Positions 18,107-31,131 of a DNA stretch of 64,000 nt are shown here, in pieces. The first letter of the stretch is position 1. Each line of letters opens with the position of its first letter. The notes below the pieces were generated by a model. That model was not told the DNA's origin, did no database searches, and saw only the letters and a list, made by a program, of their open reading frames with translations. This stretch comes from an uncultured Actinomycetota bacterium (GTDB taxonomy: Bacteria > Actinomycetota > Geothermincolia > Geothermincolales > RBG-13-55-18), in assembly GCA_964529285.1 (NCBI GenBank), contig CAZGWK010000008.1:9993-73992 (forward strand), written 5' to 3'. Made by a program: the position numbers and the translations under genes.

Positions 18107-18706
18107 ATGGCCGGCGTGTACGAAGGAGAAGTTTCGTTATCGATCCGGGAAAAGCTCCATGCCGACCTGGGAGGGCTCAGATCGGCCATAGAGAGCTGCA
18201 GACGCTGCCGTGGCGGGGGAGTGGGAGTGCCGGGGTGCGGAGACCCCGGAGCCGGCATGTTCCTGGTGGCGGGAATGCCAGGTCCAGGCGCTACGGCGGT
18301 TAACCCCTGGGGCGCCTGGCGTGACCGATTGTTGAAAAAAGCGGCGGGTGATTGGGGATGGGATATGACAGGCGCCTATTACTCGACCGCCTTGAGATGC
18401 CCCCTGCAGCGGGTGGCCCGCCGTGAATTGCGGCGCTGTTCCGGGTTTCTCGCTGATGAGTTCTTCCTGGTGGGACCGCGTCTGGTGGTGGTCTCCGGCA
18501 AGGTGGCGACCGTCGCCGTGCGCGAGGCCCTGGGGGACGAGATACCCGCAAGCCCCAAGGCAGGTGACGTATGTACCTTCTTCGGCGCCCGGTTCCTTTT
18601 CGAGCTGGACGTAGCGCGCATAGAAGGGGACAGAAAAGCGGAGGCGGTATTCTGGGACGTCCTCCGCTCGGCGGAGGACGTGTTTCCCGGCTTGAAGGGA
18701 GATTAG
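18107..18706 (+). CDS. family-4 uracil-DNA glycosylase (UdgA-like, Fe-S)
   Basis: CRRCRG N-terminal Cys motif and GCGDPGAGMFLVAGMPGPG, matching the GxGxPxAxxMFVGExPG signature of family-4 UDGs. Divergent from the sigH-like gene. Confidence 0.7.
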   Translation: MAGVYEGEVSLSIREKLHADLGGLRSAIESCRRCRGGGVGVPGCGDPGAGMFLVAGMPGPGATAVNPWGAWRDRLLKKAAGDWGWDMTGAYYSTALRCPLQRVARRELRRCSGFLADEFFLVGPRLVVVSGKVATVAVREALGDEIPASPKAGDVCTFFGARFLFELDVARIEGDRKAEAVFWDVLRSAEDVFPGLKGD

Positions 18707-18828
18707 GGCGGGCACGTACAGCCCCCGTCCGATGGGGCCGCCCCGCCAGGGCGCGGCGATATTCGTGTTGAACGTATTTGCCATATCTGTTTTACTTTAT
18801 GCAGTGTTGAGGGCGCGAGGAGGGCAGC

Positions 18829-19746
18829 TTGGATAGAAGGTCCCGCATAGACGCATTTCTCCGCAAGTATTTCATACTGTTCCGCGTCAAGACCATGTTT
18901 ATATACATCTTCCCCACGACCCTGGGGTTTGCATGTTCGGCCGCAACGGGGGGGAGCATGCCGGGGTACAAGATAGCCTGCATGTACCTGGGGTTTCTGT
19001 GCGGCTCGTTCTTTTCCAGCACCCTGAACTTCTACGCTGACGTGGAATCGGATCGCCTGCACAACGACATGTACAAGGGCGACCTGCACATGTCCGACCA
19101 GCCTTTCGCCACCGGGGAGATGGGCAAGCTCGAGACGGTATTGCTCTTCCTGCTCACCGGCATGGGCTGCGTGGGTTTCTCCCTTCTGGTAAACGTCCAG
19201 TTCACCATATACATGGTAGCGTCCGTTTTCATCCTCGGCATCCTCTACTCCCATCCCTGGTTCCGCTTCAAGAACAGGCCCATACTGGACATCGTTACCA
19301 ACGCTGCGGGCGCGGTCGTGCTGCTGATCGCGGGGTGGAAGGCGGTAAACCCCTCTACCTGGCCGCCCGCCTGGCCACTGGTCTTCGGCTTCATCTTCTC
19401 GGCAACCCTGTATATGCCCAGCATGGCCAACGACGTACCCTTTGACGAGGCAGCGGGATTTCGCACCACGGGGGTGGTTTTCGGCGCCAAGCGCACCATC
19501 GATGCCATGATCCCCATGTGCGTGCTCCTGGTGCCCGTGGCGATAGTGAGCCTGGTCCTGCCCGCTCCCGGGATATTCAAGCTCTTCATCACCCTGGGCC
19601 TGCCGGGTGCGATAGTATTCACCATAGGCATGCATCTGCTTTGGCGGCCCCCCCATATCCGTTTCAACGCCGGCCTTCTCGTATACCCCATTCTGGCCAT
19701 GCTGATCTTCTATTTCGTCTATGGGGTACATGCGGTTCTCACCTGA
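18829..19746 (+). CDS. UbiA-family integral-membrane prenyltransferase
   Basis: TTG start 4 nt after GAGGAGGG. Eight or nine TM helices. First Asp-rich motif NFYADVESDRLHND. The - strand ORF 18703..19731 is an antisense shadow. Confidence 0.6.
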   Translation: MDRRSRIDAFLRKYFILFRVKTMFIYIFPTTLGFACSAATGGSMPGYKIACMYLGFLCGSFFSSTLNFYADVESDRLHNDMYKGDLHMSDQPFATGEMGKLETVLLFLLTGMGCVGFSLLVNVQFTIYMVASVFILGILYSHPWFRFKNRPILDIVTNAAGAVVLLIAGWKAVNPSTWPPAWPLVFGFIFSATLYMPSMANDVPFDEAAGFRTTGVVFGAKRTIDAMIPMCVLLVPVAIVSLVLPAPGIFKLFITLGLPGAIVFTIGMHLLWRPPHIRFNAGLLVYPILAMLIFYFVYGVHAVLT

Positions 19747-19866
19747 AAAACAGCTTCCGCGATTGCTTCAGGCCCGTTCTTGCATGATCTGATAAACCTT
19801 TTTTACCTGCAAAAATAGGATAAGAATTTCAATCTGGGTATAATGCATAATAAGGTTATAAATATA

Positions 19867-19896
19867 CTTGACATCAATGTTGTCAAGAGTTATATT
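19867..19896 (+). promoter_or_regulatory. dnaK promoter (-35 TTGACA 19868-19873, 17 nt spacer, -10 TATATT 19891-19896) overlapped by a perfect inverted repeat CTTGACA-N7-TGTCAAG (19867-19887), a HAIR-like HspR operator
   Basis: The inverted repeat and the hexamers are read directly. The HAIR consensus (CTTGAGT-N7-ACTCAAG) differs by 2 nt per arm. hspR is encoded in the operon downstream. Confidence 0.55.
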
Positions 19897-19956
19897 GAAA
19901 AAGGACTAAACTAAACAAAGGATACCGGCAAATCTTTATAAAAGGAGGAATGGAGA

Positions 19957-21795
19957 ATGGCTAAGACAGTAGGTATCGACCTGGGAACCACCAACTCGGT
20001 TGTTGCCGTGCTCGAGGGCGGTGAGCCCGTCGTTATACCCAACAGCGAGGGCGGCAGGACAACTCCATCAGTGGTGGCCATGTCGAAGACGGGAGAGTGG
20101 CTGGTGGGCCAGGTCGCAAAGCGCCAGGCCGTGACCAACCCTGAGAACACCATCGCATCCATCAAGAGGAAGATGGGTACCGCGGATAAGGTTAAACTGG
20201 GGGACGGCGAATACACGCCCCAGGAGATCTCCGCCAAGATCCTGCAGAAGCTCAAGGCCGATGCTCAGGAATACCTGGGGGAGAAGATCACCGACGCCGT
20301 GATCACGGTGCCCGCTTACTTCAACGATGCCCAGAGGACGGCCACAAAGGAGGCCGGGCGCATAGCCGGATTGAACGTCCTGCGCATCATCAACGAGCCT
20401 ACGGCATCGTCGCTTGCCTATGGACTGGATAAGGAGAGCGACCAGACCATCCTGGTATTCGACCTGGGTGGCGGGACCTTCGACGTTTCCATCCTGGATA
20501 TCGGGGAGGGCGTGTTCGAGGTCAAGTCCACCGCCGGCAACACCCAGCTGGGCGGCGACGACTGGGACAAGCGTATCATCGATTGGATGGCCGACGATTT
20601 CAAGTCCACCAGCGGTGTCGACCTGCGCGAGGACAAGATGGCCCTGCAGCGCTTGAGGGAAGCCGCTGAGAAGGCCAAGATCGAGTTGTCGACGACTAAT
20701 TCGACCAACATCAATCTGCCCTTCGTGACCGCGACTCCCGAGGGTCCGCTGCACCTGGATATGAACCTCTCCAGGTCGGAATTCGAGAAGATGACCTCAG
20801 ACCTTCTGGAGAAGTGCGTGGGACCGTTCAAGCGCGCTATGAAGGATGCGAACATGGACCCCAAGAACATCGACCATGTCATCCTGGTCGGTGGCTCGAC
20901 GCGCATGCCCATGGTGCAGGAGATGGTGCGCAAGCTAAGCGGCGGTAAGGAGCCGCACAAGGGCATCAACCCCGACGAGGTAGTAGCCATGGGAGCCGCC
21001 ATACAGGCGGGAGTGCTCAAGGGCGAGGTAAAAGACGTCCTGCTTCTGGACGTGACGCCCCTTTCCCTCGGTATCGAGACCCTGGGCGGAGTGTTCACCA
21101 AGCTCATCGAGCGCAACACGACCATCCCCACGCGCAAGAGCGAGATATTCACCACGGCCGCGGACGGCCAGAACAGCGTGGATATCAAGGTCTATCAGGG
21201 TGAACGCGAGATGGCCGCCTATAACAAGCTCATCGGGAACTTCCAGTTGGTCGGGATTCCACCGGCTCCGAGAGGCGTGCCGCAGATAGAGGTGGCCTTC
21301 GACATCGACGCCGACGGCATACTGCACGTCTCGGCAAAGGACCTGGCCACGGGCAACGAGCAGAAGATCACCATCACCGCGTCCAGCGGACTGAACGAGG
21401 ACGAGATCGAGAAGATGGTGAATGACGCCGAGGCGCATGCGGAGGAGGACCGCCGCAAGCGCGAGGAGGCGGACGTGCGCAATAACGCCGACAGCCTGGT
21501 CTACACGACCGAGAAGAGCCTGGGTGAATTGGGCGACCAGGTGTCGCCGGAAGACCGCAGTGCCATAGAGTCGGCGTTGGAGGACGTCAAGGAAGCCCTC
21601 AAGGGTTCTGACAACGACGACATAAGGCGCAAGACGGAGATCCTCATGCAGGCTTCCTACAAGCTGGCGGAGCACATGTACTCGCAGACCAAGACCGAGG
21701 GAGCCCAGATGGGCCCCGAGGGCGACGGCAGCTATGGCGCCACCGAGGAAGCCGAGGGAGAAGTGATAGACGAAGCCGAATACGAGGAGATGTAA
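19957..21795 (+). CDS. dnaK: molecular chaperone DnaK (Hsp70)
   Basis: [18 protein letters not shown]..., the full set of Hsp70 signatures, EEVD-like acidic C-terminus. RBS AAAAGGAGGA. Confidence 0.97.
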   Translation: MAKTVGIDLGTTNSVVAVLEGGEPVVIPNSEGGRTTPSVVAMSKTGEWLVGQVAKRQAVTNPENTIASIKRKMGTADKVKLGDGEYTPQEISAKILQKLKADAQEYLGEKITDAVITVPAYFNDAQRTATKEAGRIAGLNVLRIINEPTASSLAYGLDKESDQTILVFDLGGGTFDVSILDIGEGVFEVKSTAGNTQLGGDDWDKRIIDWMADDFKSTSGVDLREDKMALQRLREAAEKAKIELSTTNSTNINLPFVTATPEGPLHLDMNLSRSEFEKMTSDLLEKCVGPFKRAMKDANMDPKNIDHVILVGGSTRMPMVQEMVRKLSGGKEPHKGINPDEVVAMGAAIQAGVLKGEVKDVLLLDVTPLSLGIETLGGVFTKLIERNTTIPTRKSEIFTTAADGQNSVDIKVYQGEREMAAYNKLIGNFQLVGIPPAPRGVPQIEVAFDIDADGILHVSAKDLATGNEQKITITASSGLNEDEIEKMVNDAEAHAEEDRRKREEADVRNNADSLVYTTEKSLGELGDQVSPEDRSAIESALEDVKEALKGSDNDDIRRKTEILMQASYKLAEHMYSQTKTEGAQMGPEGDGSYGATEEAEGEVIDEAEYEEM

Positions 21796-21926
21796 GGACC
21801 GGAAGGTACAACGGGGGTGCAGCCGCGCGGCATCGTATAAACACCGGGCCAGGCGGCCGGAAGAAGACCGCGGGACGCCGCGAGCGGCTCCCCCTTGAAG
21901 GATATAGAGGAAAGGAGTGAGGAAGC

Positions 21927-22394
21927 ATGGCTATCGTGAGATGGGATCCGTTCCGAGACCTGATGAACCTGCAGGACGAGGTAAACAGCCTGTTCCGGCG
22001 CAGCTTCTTCAGGGGAGCGGATACGCCGGCCACGGCGGAGACCACCGCCACCTGGGCGCCTCCCCTCGACATGTACGAGAGCGATGACAGACTCACCGTC
22101 GAGGTGGAACTGCCCGGCCTCGAAGGCAAGGATATCGATATCTCCCTGGAGGACGATATCCTGCACATCAAGGGCGAAAGGAAGTTCGCAGGCGAGGTAA
22201 AGGAAGACAACTACCACCGCGTCGAACGTGCCTACGGCTACTTCGAGCGCAACATACCTCTGCCTCGCAAGGTGGACGAGGATAAAGTGGCGGCCTCTGT
22301 TACCGGGGGCGTGCTCAGGATAGAGATGCCCAAGGCGGCGGAAGCGAAGCCCAGGCAGATCCCTATCAAGGTAGAGGGAGAAACGGCGGAATGA
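21927..22394 (+). CDS. Hsp20 / alpha-crystallin family small heat-shock protein
   Basis: MAIVRWDPFRDLMNLQDEVNSLF N-terminus and an alpha-crystallin domain with a GVL..I.P-type C-terminal motif. RBS AAAGGAG. Confidence 0.9.
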   Translation: MAIVRWDPFRDLMNLQDEVNSLFRRSFFRGADTPATAETTATWAPPLDMYESDDRLTVEVELPGLEGKDIDISLEDDILHIKGERKFAGEVKEDNYHRVERAYGYFERNIPLPRKVDEDKVAASVTGGVLRIEMPKAAEAKPRQIPIKVEGETAE

Positions 22395-22418
22395 TATTCC
22401 GCCCACACGGTTTCGCGA

Positions 22419-22447
22419 GGGGGCTGGCCTTTGTCGACCAGCCCCCC
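22419..22447 (+). terminator. GC-rich hairpin (GGGGGCTGG...CCAGCCCCC) between hsp20 and grpE, with no clear U-tract
   Basis: 9 bp stem seen directly. It may be a partial terminator, attenuator or processing site inside the operon. Confidence 0.35.
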
Positions 22448-22482
22448 TTCATGGGGGACCGGCATGCAAGAGGTGAAAACAT

Positions 22483-23115
22483 ATGAGTGAGGATAAAAAG
22501 GAAACGAAGGAAAAGAAGAATAAGGCCACTGGAGATAAAGCTGCGGCAGAAAGCGCTGGGACGGCGGCGGGCAGGCACGAGAAAGCCGCCGGTACCATGG
22601 ACGATACGCGGCGTAAGCTGCACGATATGAGCAAGAAAGAGCTCGAGGAACGCGTATTGGAGCTCGAGTCGAGCTTGAGCCAGTCGGAGACCAGGGCGAA
22701 GGAATATCTGAGCGACGCCCAGAGGAGCAAGGCTGAGCTTGAGAATTACCGCAAGAGGATGCTCAGGGAACAGACGCGTATTATCGAGCAGGCCAACCGT
22801 TCTTTTATGGCAGCATTACTTCCGGTTATCGACAACCTCGAGATGGCCCTGGAATCCTGCGGTGACCGCAAAGACCGGCTCGCACAGGGAGTGCGCATGG
22901 TTTACGAGCAGATGATGGCGTTGCTTGAGCAGGAGGGGCTCGAGGAGATAAACCCCCACGGCCACCGCTTCGACCCCGAGGTATGCGAGGCCGTGATGGC
23001 GATAGTGAGTGACGACCACGAGGATGAGACGGTAGTGGAAGTCCACCAGAAGGGATACAAATACAAAGGGAGCCTGTTGCGCCCGGCCAGGGCGACGGTG
23101 AGCAAATGTGGTTAG
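22483..23115 (+). CDS. grpE: nucleotide exchange factor GrpE
   Basis: Lys/Glu-rich N-terminus, then ...YLSDAQRSKAELENYRKRMLREQ...LLPVIDNLEMAL..., which matches GrpE. Confidence 0.9.
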   Translation: MSEDKKETKEKKNKATGDKAAAESAGTAAGRHEKAAGTMDDTRRKLHDMSKKELEERVLELESSLSQSETRAKEYLSDAQRSKAELENYRKRMLREQTRIIEQANRSFMAALLPVIDNLEMALESCGDRKDRLAQGVRMVYEQMMALLEQEGLEEINPHGHRFDPEVCEAVMAIVSDDHEDETVVEVHQKGYKYKGSLLRPARATVSKCG

Positions 23116-23145
23116 AAAAACGCGACATGGGTGGCAAGGAAAGTT

Positions 23146-24288
23146 ATGAATGGAAAGGATTATTATAAAACGCTAGGAGTGGATAAAAAGGCGTCGGACA
23201 AGGAGATAAGGGACGCCTATCGCAAGCTTGCCCGCAAGTATCACCCCGACGCCAATCCCGGGGACAAGCAATCGGAGGAGAAGTTCAAGGAAGTGTCCGA
23301 GGCCTACGAGGTACTCTCGAATGCGGAGAAACGCAAACAATACGACTCGGGCGGCATGTTCGCGGGAGCCGGCGGGCCGGGCCCCGGATTCGGGCCCTTC
23401 GATTTCGGCTCCGCGGGAGGCAGGCCGGGTTCGCGTACTTATTCCTACTCCGGGGATCTCGGCGATCTGGGAGACCTGGGAGACCTGTTCAACCTCTTCG
23501 GCGGCAGGGGCACGGGTACGGGTGCGGGGCGACGTAAGGAGACGCGCAAGGGGCGGGACCTCCAGACCGACGTTACCATATCCTTCGACGAGGCCACCTC
23601 GGGTATAACCGTCACCCTGACCCTGAGCGGCAAGAGCGCCTGCCCCACATGTAAGGGTAGCGGTGCGAAGCCGGGTACGCTGCCCAAGACCTGCCCCACG
23701 TGCGGCGGCAGGGGTTCGGTGTCACAGAACCAGGGTCCGTTCGCCTTCTCGCGGCCGTGCCCCGCTTGCGGCGGCAGGGGAACGATCGTCGAGGATCCGT
23801 GCGAGACCTGCCGGGGCGCAGGAGTAGTGGAGATGCCGCGCAACATCAAGGTAAAGATCCCGGCGGGGATAAAGGACGGCGGCAAGGTGCGCTTCCCCGG
23901 CAAGGGAGAAGCGGGGCCCATGGGTGGAGCGCCGGGCGATCTCTACGTCAGGGTGCACGTAAAACCGCATAAGTATTTCAAGAGGAAAGACAGCAACATC
24001 CTCATGGATCTCCCGGTGACCTTCCCCGAGGCTGCCCTGGGGACGACGGTGGAGGTACCAACCATCAACGGGAAAGTCAAGCTGAAGATACCGGCGGGGA
24101 CTTCCGACGGAAGAAAATTCCGCTTGCGGGGCAAGGGAGCCCCAAAACCCAGGGGAAAAGGGCACGGCGACATGATCGTAACCGCCCGCGTCGTGGTCCC
24201 CAAGAAGATGACGGCCAAGGAGAAGGAGCTGGTGAAGAAACTGCAGGAGATGGAGAAGAAAGACCCGCGCGAGTTCCTGCAAGAGTAG
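23146..24288 (+). CDS. dnaJ: molecular chaperone DnaJ
   Basis: J domain (DYYKTLGV...HPD), G/F-rich linker with [12 protein letters not shown], four CxxCxGxG zinc-finger repeats, C-terminal domain. The ATG at 23146 has AAGGA upstream. The ORF-track GTG at 23131 has no RBS. Confidence 0.9.
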   Translation: MNGKDYYKTLGVDKKASDKEIRDAYRKLARKYHPDANPGDKQSEEKFKEVSEAYEVLSNAEKRKQYDSGGMFAGAGGPGPGFGPFDFGSAGGRPGSRTYSYSGDLGDLGDLGDLFNLFGGRGTGTGAGRRKETRKGRDLQTDVTISFDEATSGITVTLTLSGKSACPTCKGSGAKPGTLPKTCPTCGGRGSVSQNQGPFAFSRPCPACGGRGTIVEDPCETCRGAGVVEMPRNIKVKIPAGIKDGGKVRFPGKGEAGPMGGAPGDLYVRVHVKPHKYFKRKDSNILMDLPVTFPEAALGTTVEVPTINGKVKLKIPAGTSDGRKFRLRGKGAPKPRGKGHGDMIVTARVVVPKKMTAKEKELVKKLQEMEKKDPREFLQE

Positions 24289-24298
24289 GTGATGGAGA

Positions 24299-24688
24299 GT
24301 GGATAAAAGGAATGCGAGCCAGGAGCCGGTTTACGTTATAAGCATCGCCGCTCGCCTGGCGGATGTTCACCCCCAGACCCTGCGCATCTACGAGCGCAAG
24401 GGACTGATCAACCCCGCAAGGGTGCATAACCGCCGGCGCTACTCGGAGGCGGACATAGAGCGTTGCAGGCTGATCCAGGAGCTGACCCAGGATATGGGGG
24501 TCAACCTGGCCGGCGTGAAAATGATCATGGACATGCGCGAGCGCATGAAGTCTCTCGAGGATGATCTGGAAACCATGCGCAGGGATGTCGAGGAGCGCGT
24601 GAAGAAGGTCAGGGAGAGTTTCCGCAACGATATCGTGCCTGTGCCGAGGGGTGAGGTGATGCTCAGAAGGAGCCCTGGTGGCAGGTAA
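24299..24688 (+). CDS. hspR: MerR-family heat-shock repressor HspR
   Basis: VYVISIAARLADVHPQTLRIYERKGLINPARVHNRRRYSEADIERCRLIQELTQDMGVNLAGVKMIMDM matches the HspR HTH and dimerisation region. It sits in the classical position after dnaJ. Confidence 0.85.
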   Translation: MDKRNASQEPVYVISIAARLADVHPQTLRIYERKGLINPARVHNRRRYSEADIERCRLIQELTQDMGVNLAGVKMIMDMRERMKSLEDDLETMRRDVEERVKKVRESFRNDIVPVPRGEVMLRRSPGGR

Positions 24689-24712
24689 TGGGAAGTGGAG
24701 AGGTGAAGACGG

Positions 24713-27328
<2,616 letters not shown>

Positions 27329-27343
27329 GGTCACCCCTCAACA

Positions 27344-27440
27344 CCTGGGGTCAGCCCTCCATTTTCAACAAAATATACCAAAGGTTCGTCAGTCAATGCC
27401 GGGCACATGATCATGTTGAAAATGGAGGGCTGACCCCAGG
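27344..27440. repeat. perfect 27 bp inverted repeat of the CCTGGGGTCAGCCCTCCATTTTCAACA element (arms 27344-27370 and 27414-27440, 43 nt loop)
   Basis: Seen directly. It lies immediately downstream of clpB, with a degenerate half-copy AGGGTCACCCCTCAACA just before it. Confidence 0.8.
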
Positions 27441-27466
27441 CCCCAAACCTTCACCCTGACGCGCAT

Positions 27467-28888
27467 GTGTCCGATGTTAGTATAGGTGTTGCTATGCAAG
27501 ATAAATACGACGTCATCATCGTCGGCGCGGGGCCGGCCGGTATTTTCGCCGCCCTCGAGTTGGTCAAGAGGGACGGCCTCAAGGTGCTCGTGCTGGAAAA
27601 AGGCCCGGATATCGAGAAGCGCCACTGCCCGGCCCGGGTTGGGAAGTGCCAGCGCTGCGAGACCTGCGCCATCACCAGCGGCTGGGGTGGGGCGGGCGCG
27701 TACAGCGACGGCAAGCTCTCCCTTTCGCCCGACGTGGGTGGCTGGCTGGGCGAATACGTGGGGACGCGCATGCTGCGCGACCTCATCGACCGCGTGGACC
27801 AGCTCTACCTGGAGTTCGGGGCGCCCCGCCAGGTATTCGGGGACGACGATGAAAAGGTGGCAGCGTGGAGGAAGCGCGCGGTCCTCTCGAACCTCGTCCT
27901 CACCCCTTGCCCCTTCCGCCACCTGGGGACGGAACGCTGCCGCGAGTTGCTGGTGCGCATGCGAGACTTCCTCGCGGACAAGGTGGACATGCAGACCGAT
28001 GTTTGTGTCGAATCCATCCTGACGGACGGCGGGCGCGTGCTGGGAGTCACAACGGTCGAAGGCCGGGAATACCTCGCGGGCAATGTTGTAGCAGCGCCCG
28101 GAAGGGAGGGGGCGGACTGGCTGGCGGGGGAGATGGAGAGGCTGGGGGTGAGCGTCCAGAACAACCAGGTGGACATCGGTCTCAGGGTCGAAGTCCCCGC
28201 GCCTGTGCTGGAGCCGTTGACCACCGACCTCTACGAGCCCAAGCTGCATTACTTCACGCGCCGCTTCGAGGACCGCGTGCGGGTCTTCTGCATGAACCCC
28301 TACGGGCAGGTATGCGTGGAACGTTATGGCGACGTCCTCACCGTCAACGGCCACTCCTACGCTGAACACCGCACGGAGAACTCCAACTTCGCGCTGCTGG
28401 TGAGCACTACCTTCACCGAGCCCTTCAAGGAGCCCATCGCCTACGGCAAGTACATCGCGCGTCTGGCCAATCTCCTGGGGGAGGGCATACTCGTGCAGAG
28501 GCTTGGGGACCTCATGGCCGGCCGCCGCTCCACTCCGCGGCGCATAGCTCGCTCCACGGTGGCACCCTCGCTCTCAGATGCTACACCGGGGGACCTCTCC
28601 TTCGCTCTTCCTTACCGTTATATCAGCGACATCCTGGAGATGCTGGAGGCGCTGGACAACCTGGCTCCGGGCCTGTACGCCCGCGACACCCTGCTCTACG
28701 GGGTAGAGGTGAAGTTCTACTCCTCGCGTCCCAGCCTGGGGCCGGACCTGCAGTCCGAGGTTGCCGGCCTCTACGCCATAGGCGACGGCGCGGGCATCAC
28801 CCGCGGGCTGGTCCAGGCCTCGGCTTCGGGAACGGTCGTCGCCCGCTCCATCCTGGCCCCGGGCCATCATCCGCGCACCCACCCTTAA
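27467..28888 (+). CDS. FAD-dependent oxidoreductase of the COG2509 type (uncharacterised FAD-dependent dehydrogenase)
   Basis: DVIIVGAGPAGIFAALEL Rossmann motif, followed by HCPARVGKCQRCETC. The GTG at 27467 or the ATG at 27494 could be the start. Confidence 0.7.
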   Translation: MSDVSIGVAMQDKYDVIIVGAGPAGIFAALELVKRDGLKVLVLEKGPDIEKRHCPARVGKCQRCETCAITSGWGGAGAYSDGKLSLSPDVGGWLGEYVGTRMLRDLIDRVDQLYLEFGAPRQVFGDDDEKVAAWRKRAVLSNLVLTPCPFRHLGTERCRELLVRMRDFLADKVDMQTDVCVESILTDGGRVLGVTTVEGREYLAGNVVAAPGREGADWLAGEMERLGVSVQNNQVDIGLRVEVPAPVLEPLTTDLYEPKLHYFTRRFEDRVRVFCMNPYGQVCVERYGDVLTVNGHSYAEHRTENSNFALLVSTTFTEPFKEPIAYGKYIARLANLLGEGILVQRLGDLMAGRRSTPRRIARSTVAPSLSDATPGDLSFALPYRYISDILEMLEALDNLAPGLYARDTLLYGVEVKFYSSRPSLGPDLQSEVAGLYAIGDGAGITRGLVQASASGTVVARSILAPGHHPRTHP

Positions 28889-28954
28889 CAAGTGCTATAA
28901 TGTTTCTTCGTGTGGGGCTGCGGAAGTAAAAACACGATGGAAAGAGTGAGATAG

Positions 28955-30289
<1,335 letters not shown>

Positions 30290-30454
30290 CCCACCTTGGG
30301 CCGCACGCGGGGGTCAGATTATGCCCGTCCCGCTAGTGGTGAGTTTATCTTGCTGGTGTTGACATATATAATAGTGAGATAACGACTGTCCGCTACAACT
30401 CCCATTTTTTATGAAGGTATTCGAGATGGGTTTTCTTGCAGGAGGAGGATTGAC

Positions 30455-30868
30455 ATGAAAAAGAGGGACATATATATAACCCAGTTCGACCTGGAGCGGC
30501 TGAAGAAGCTCGTGGCGGAGGTGAGGGCTGATGGTAAGAACAACGCATACCTCGGCGACCTCGAGGATGAGCTGGAGCGGGCCACGATAGTAGAGCCCGA
30601 AGAGATCCCCCCGAACGTGATCACCATGAACTCCAAGGTACGCCTCAAGGACCTGGATACGGGAGAGACGATGGTCTTTTATCTGGTCTTTCCTCAGGAC
30701 GCCGACATCGAGAAGGGCAAGATATCCGTCCTGGCCCCCATAGGGACGGGAATGATCGGCTACGAGGTCGGGGACATAGTGGAATGGGAGGTCCCCGCGG
30801 GCATGAGAAAACTGGAGATACTGGAGATACCCTACCAGCCGGAGGCGGCGGGAGACTTCGACCTCTAA
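30455..30868 (+). CDS. rnk: GreA/GreB-family regulator, Rnk-like (nucleoside-diphosphate-kinase regulator)
   Basis: 137 aa. Aligns along its whole length with E. coli Rnk, for example NVITMNSKVRLKDLDTGE...VLAPIGTGMIGYEVGDIVEWEVPAG...LEILEIPYQPEAAGD. Confidence 0.75.
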   Translation: MKKRDIYITQFDLERLKKLVAEVRADGKNNAYLGDLEDELERATIVEPEEIPPNVITMNSKVRLKDLDTGETMVFYLVFPQDADIEKGKISVLAPIGTGMIGYEVGDIVEWEVPAGMRKLEILEIPYQPEAAGDFDL

Positions 30869-30944
30869 GCCCACATCGGTCTGAGCAACACCGTACGTTT
30901 GTTTGCCATCGCATAAGCGATTGTGCCGTTTTCGGCACAACGGT

Positions 30945-30990
30945 GCCAGTCGCCAGTCGCGGCGAAGCCGGGCATGGCGAAGCCGGGCAT
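30945..30990 (+). repeat. tandem direct repeats in the purD leader (GCCAGTC x2, then GGCGAAGCCGGGCAT x2)
   Basis: Seen directly. A TGTGCCG-tttt-CGGCACA hairpin lies just upstream at 30922-30939. Confidence 0.6.
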
Positions 30991-31131
30991 GGCCTGGCAC
31001 GTGTACGTTCGGATAAAGGTCGCCTTGCAGGAAAAAACCCGACACGCATAATCGCCTCGCGGGCAGGATTGTCACCGGCTGCCATAAAATATAGAGATGT
31101 GGCAGGCAAGGGCGAGCACGGGGAGGTTAGC

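Noticed and set aside
19747-19956. CIRCE (HrcA operator, TTAGCACTC-N9-GAGTGCTAA) upstream of dnaK, hsp20 or grpE
   Set aside because: Not found. The only strong inverted repeat is the HAIR-like CTTGACA-N7-TGTCAAG.
30784-31131. N-terminal extension of purD in the ORF track (540 aa ORF that starts inside the rnk gene)
   Set aside because: It has no homology and overlaps rnk. A proper SD and ATG at 31132 give a canonical 424 aa PurD.
30869-31131. Purine (guanine/adenine) riboswitch upstream of purD
   Set aside because: ATAATCGC and a following GC hairpin are present. But the conserved J2-3/P3/J3-1 segments of the purine aptamer could not be matched, so I am not calling it.
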